The notes under the pieces are model-generated. The model saw only the letters and a program-made list of their open reading frames with translations. It did no database searches and was not told the origin of the DNA. From NCBI GenBank assembly GCA_004212155.1, contig RXIG01000015.1, forward strand, positions 9,486 through 73,485: 64,000 bases of DNA, read 5' to 3'. Below are positions 62,221 to 64,000 of this stretch, in pieces; within the stretch, counting starts at the first letter, position 1, and every line of letters begins with the position of its first letter. The stretch is from an archaeon (GTDB lineage: Archaea; Methanobacteriota_B; Thermococci; Methanofastidiosales; NM3). Position numbers and translations under genes: made by a program.

Positions 62221-64000
62221 TTATACTATCGCTTCAATGCTGCACGCGCATACCTTGAGTTCAGGTATCTTCGCAATTGGATCGAGTGCGGGGTTGGTGA
62301 GGAGGTTGGCTGCGCATTCCTTGAAGTGGAATGGGATAAATACCGTCTCCTCAGGTACCCGGTCCGTAACATATGCAGGTATGTCGATCGTGCCACGACG
62401 TGTGCTCACGCGCACTGCCTGGCCATCGCTTATGCCGAGCTTGGCCGCGTCGGCGGGGTGTATCTCCACGTATCCTGTAGGCACCTCCTTGTTGAGGGGG
62501 CCGCTACGGCGCGACATGGTCCCCGTGTGGAAGTGGAAGAGTATGCGGCCTGTCGTCAGGGTAAATGGGTATTTGTCGTCAGGAAGCTCTGCCGGAGGCC
62601 GGTAAGGCACGGCGAAGAAGTGGCCCTTTCCCCTTTTGAACTCACCCTTGTGAAGGTATGTTGTACCATCATGGTCGGGGGTGGGGCACGGCCACTGGAG
62701 ATATCCTCGCTCATCAAGGCGTTGGTATGAGATGCCGCCATAAAGCGGTGTGAGCGAGGCGATCTCGTCCTGTATCGCTGCAGGGGACTCGTAGTCGAAC
62801 TGGTCTGAGCCCATCGAACGGGCAAGCTCTGATATGATGACCCAGTCGGGCTTGGACGAGCCGATGGGCTCGATCGCCTTCCTTACGCGCTGAACGCGCC
62901 TGTCAGTGCCCGTGAACGTGCCGTCCTTTTCCAGGAACGAGGCACCGGGGAGCACCACATCGGCGATCTCGGCGGTCTCGGTGAGGAAGATGTCCTGCAC
63001 GACTAGAAAGTCCAGCGTATCAAGCGCCTCCCGAACATGGGATATGTCGGGGTCTGAAATCATTGGATTTTCTCCCATGATGTACATGCACTTGATCCTG
63101 CCATCGGCTGCCTCGTTGAGGAGCTCGACGACGGTAAGGCCCGGCGTCTCCGGGATTGACTCGTCCATGTTCCATCCCTTCTCGAACTTCTCGCGGGAAG
63201 CTGGGTCGGTCACGGCCTGGTAGCCTGGAAAGACGTTGGGGAGGGCGCCAAGGTCGCATGCGCCCTGCACGTTGTTTTGTCCACGAAGCGGATTGACGCC
63301 CGTGCTTGCCTTGCCCATGTTGCCCGTGAGCATGGCGAGGTTCGCACATGACTTCACGTTGTCGACACCTGTTGTGTGTTGAGTGATGCCCATGCTGTAG
63401 ATGATCGACGCGCTCTCGGCGTTTGCAAACATACGTGCCGCGTCGATGAGGTCATTTCTGGGTATACCTGTTATCTCCTCGACATGTTCGGGGGTGTAGT
63501 GCATGACCTCCTCAAGGAACTCGTCGTAGTTCTCTGTGCGCTGCTCGATAAACATCTCGTCCGCCAGGCCTTCGTTGATGATGACATTCATGATGCCGTT
63601 GAGCCACGCCACGTCGGTGCCAGGACGCTGTCGAAGATGAATGTCTGCTATCGATGCGAGCTGAATCGAACGCGGGTCAACAAGTATGATACGCGCGCCC
63701 CGCTCCTTTGCACGATATATCCTCGTGCCGATGAGCGGATGCTGCTCTGTCGTGTTTGAACCTGTAATGAGTATGCAATCGGCATCCTCGACCTCGGGAA
63801 TGCTGTTTGTCATCGCGCCGCTGCCGAACGCCGCGGCAAGCCCTGCGACGGTCGAGGCGTGACAGAGCCTGGCGCAGTGGTCGACGTTGTTGGTCACGAT
63901 AACGCTTCGTGCGAACTTCTGCATGAGATAGTTCTCCTCGTTTGTCGTCTTTGCAGACGAGAGGAGACCGAACGCAGACGGGCCGGACGTATCCTTGATC
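62221..64000 (-). CDS. fdhA: Formate dehydrogenase alpha subunit (molybdopterin oxidoreductase), Cys-type; N-terminus runs off the right window edge
   Basis: NNVDHCARLCHASTVAGL (Cys at the Sec/Cys ligand position), followed by the molybdopterin-binding and C-terminal dinucleotide-binding domains. The frame stays open upstream of the track Met (..SGPSAFGLLSSAKTTNEENYLMQKF) to position 64000. Confidence 0.9.
   Translation of the reverse strand, partial: IKDTSGPSAFGLLSSAKTTNEENYLMQKFARSVIVTNNVDHCARLCHASTVAGLAAAFGSGAMTNSIPEVEDADCILITGSNTTEQHPLIGTRIYRAKERGARIILVDPRSIQLASIADIHLRQRPGTDVAWLNGIMNVIINEGLADEMFIEQRTENYDEFLEEVMHYTPEHVEEITGIPRNDLIDAARMFANAESASIIYSMGITQHTTGVDNVKSCANLAMLTGNMGKASTGVNPLRGQNNVQGACDLGALPNVFPGYQAVTDPASREKFEKGWNMDESIPETPGLTVVELLNEAADGRIKCMYIMGENPMISDPDISHVREALDTLDFLVVQDIFLTETAEIADVVLPGASFLEKDGTFTGTDRRVQRVRKAIEPIGSSKPDWVIISELARSMGSDQFDYESPAAIQDEIASLTPLYGGISYQRLDERGYLQWPCPTPDHDGTTYLHKGEFKRGKGHFFAVPYRPPAELPDDKYPFTLTTGRILFHFHTGTMSRRSGPLNKEVPTGYVEIHPADAAKLGISDGQAVRVSTRRGTIDIPAYVTDRVPEETVFIPFHFKECAANLLTNPALDPIAKIPELKVCACSIEAIV

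Noticed and set aside
63850-63900. Possible selenocysteine (in-frame TGA) at the FdhA active site
   Set aside because: The ligand position reads CARLCHAST with a Cys codon and the frame is uninterrupted. There is therefore no Sec codon or need for a SECIS element.
1-64000. Search by eye for CRISPR arrays, IS elements/transposases, integrases, rRNA genes and long direct repeats
   Set aside because: I found no regularly spaced repeats and no DDE or tyrosine/serine recombinase-like ORFs. No rRNA-like sequence was seen. Absence is based on visual inspection only.

Overview
This is a densely packed archaeal chromosomal segment, euryarchaeal or Thermoplasmata-like. Both strands are coding, spacers are short with A/T-rich TATA-like boxes, and many neighbouring genes overlap by 4-20 nt. 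Archaeal hallmark genes include SepRS, Taw1, prefoldin beta, aIF5A, ribosomal protein S3Ae, PdaD, Nob1, a family-B DNA polymerase and GyrA. I call about 70 protein genes and 8 tRNA genes: Thr-GGU, Phe-GAA, Trp-CCA with a 102-nt intron, Arg-UCG, Leu-GAG, Arg-UCU, Glu-UUC and initiator Met. I saw no rRNA, CRISPR array, transposase, integrase or obvious prophage. Two genes run off the window edges and are missing or truncated in the ORF track: SepRS at the left edge and formate dehydrogenase alpha at the right edge.

Functional blocks, left to right:
- translation and tRNA-modification housekeeping
- a histidine kinase with two response regulators
- a divergent asnC/asnA-type pair
- a SipW-type signal peptidase cassette
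- a C50-carotenoid-like cluster (crtI-crtB-UbiA prenyltransferase, with divergent CruF-like)
- polB followed by an orphan gyrA
- an osmoprotectant ABC importer
- a rhodanese / MBL-rhodanese sulfur module
- a methyltransferase, class II photolyase, radical-SAM and DUF4130-like DNA-repair array
- an ABC-2 exporter, MtaA-like, VIT-like and BtrH-like array
- NADP phosphatase, NAD kinase and Nob1
- pdaD / aIF5A / speB
- an HD hydrolase followed by a CDIN1 (TPD)-type nuclease, then a small RHH-like ORF
- fdhD-mobA and fdhA

Nothing matches a named defence or mobile system. These loci are the best candidates for an undescribed system:
- the HD / TPD-nuclease / RHH locus with its palindrome (58.2-60.0 kb)
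- the photolyase-linked radical-SAM/DUF4130 array (40.1-44.2 kb)
- the DUF1102-like / SipW / DUF5305-like surface cassette (15.8-18.9 kb)
- the five-gene exporter / MtaA-like / BtrH-like array (44.8-49.7 kb)

All family assignments rest on motif recognition by eye and recall of reference sequences. No searches were run.
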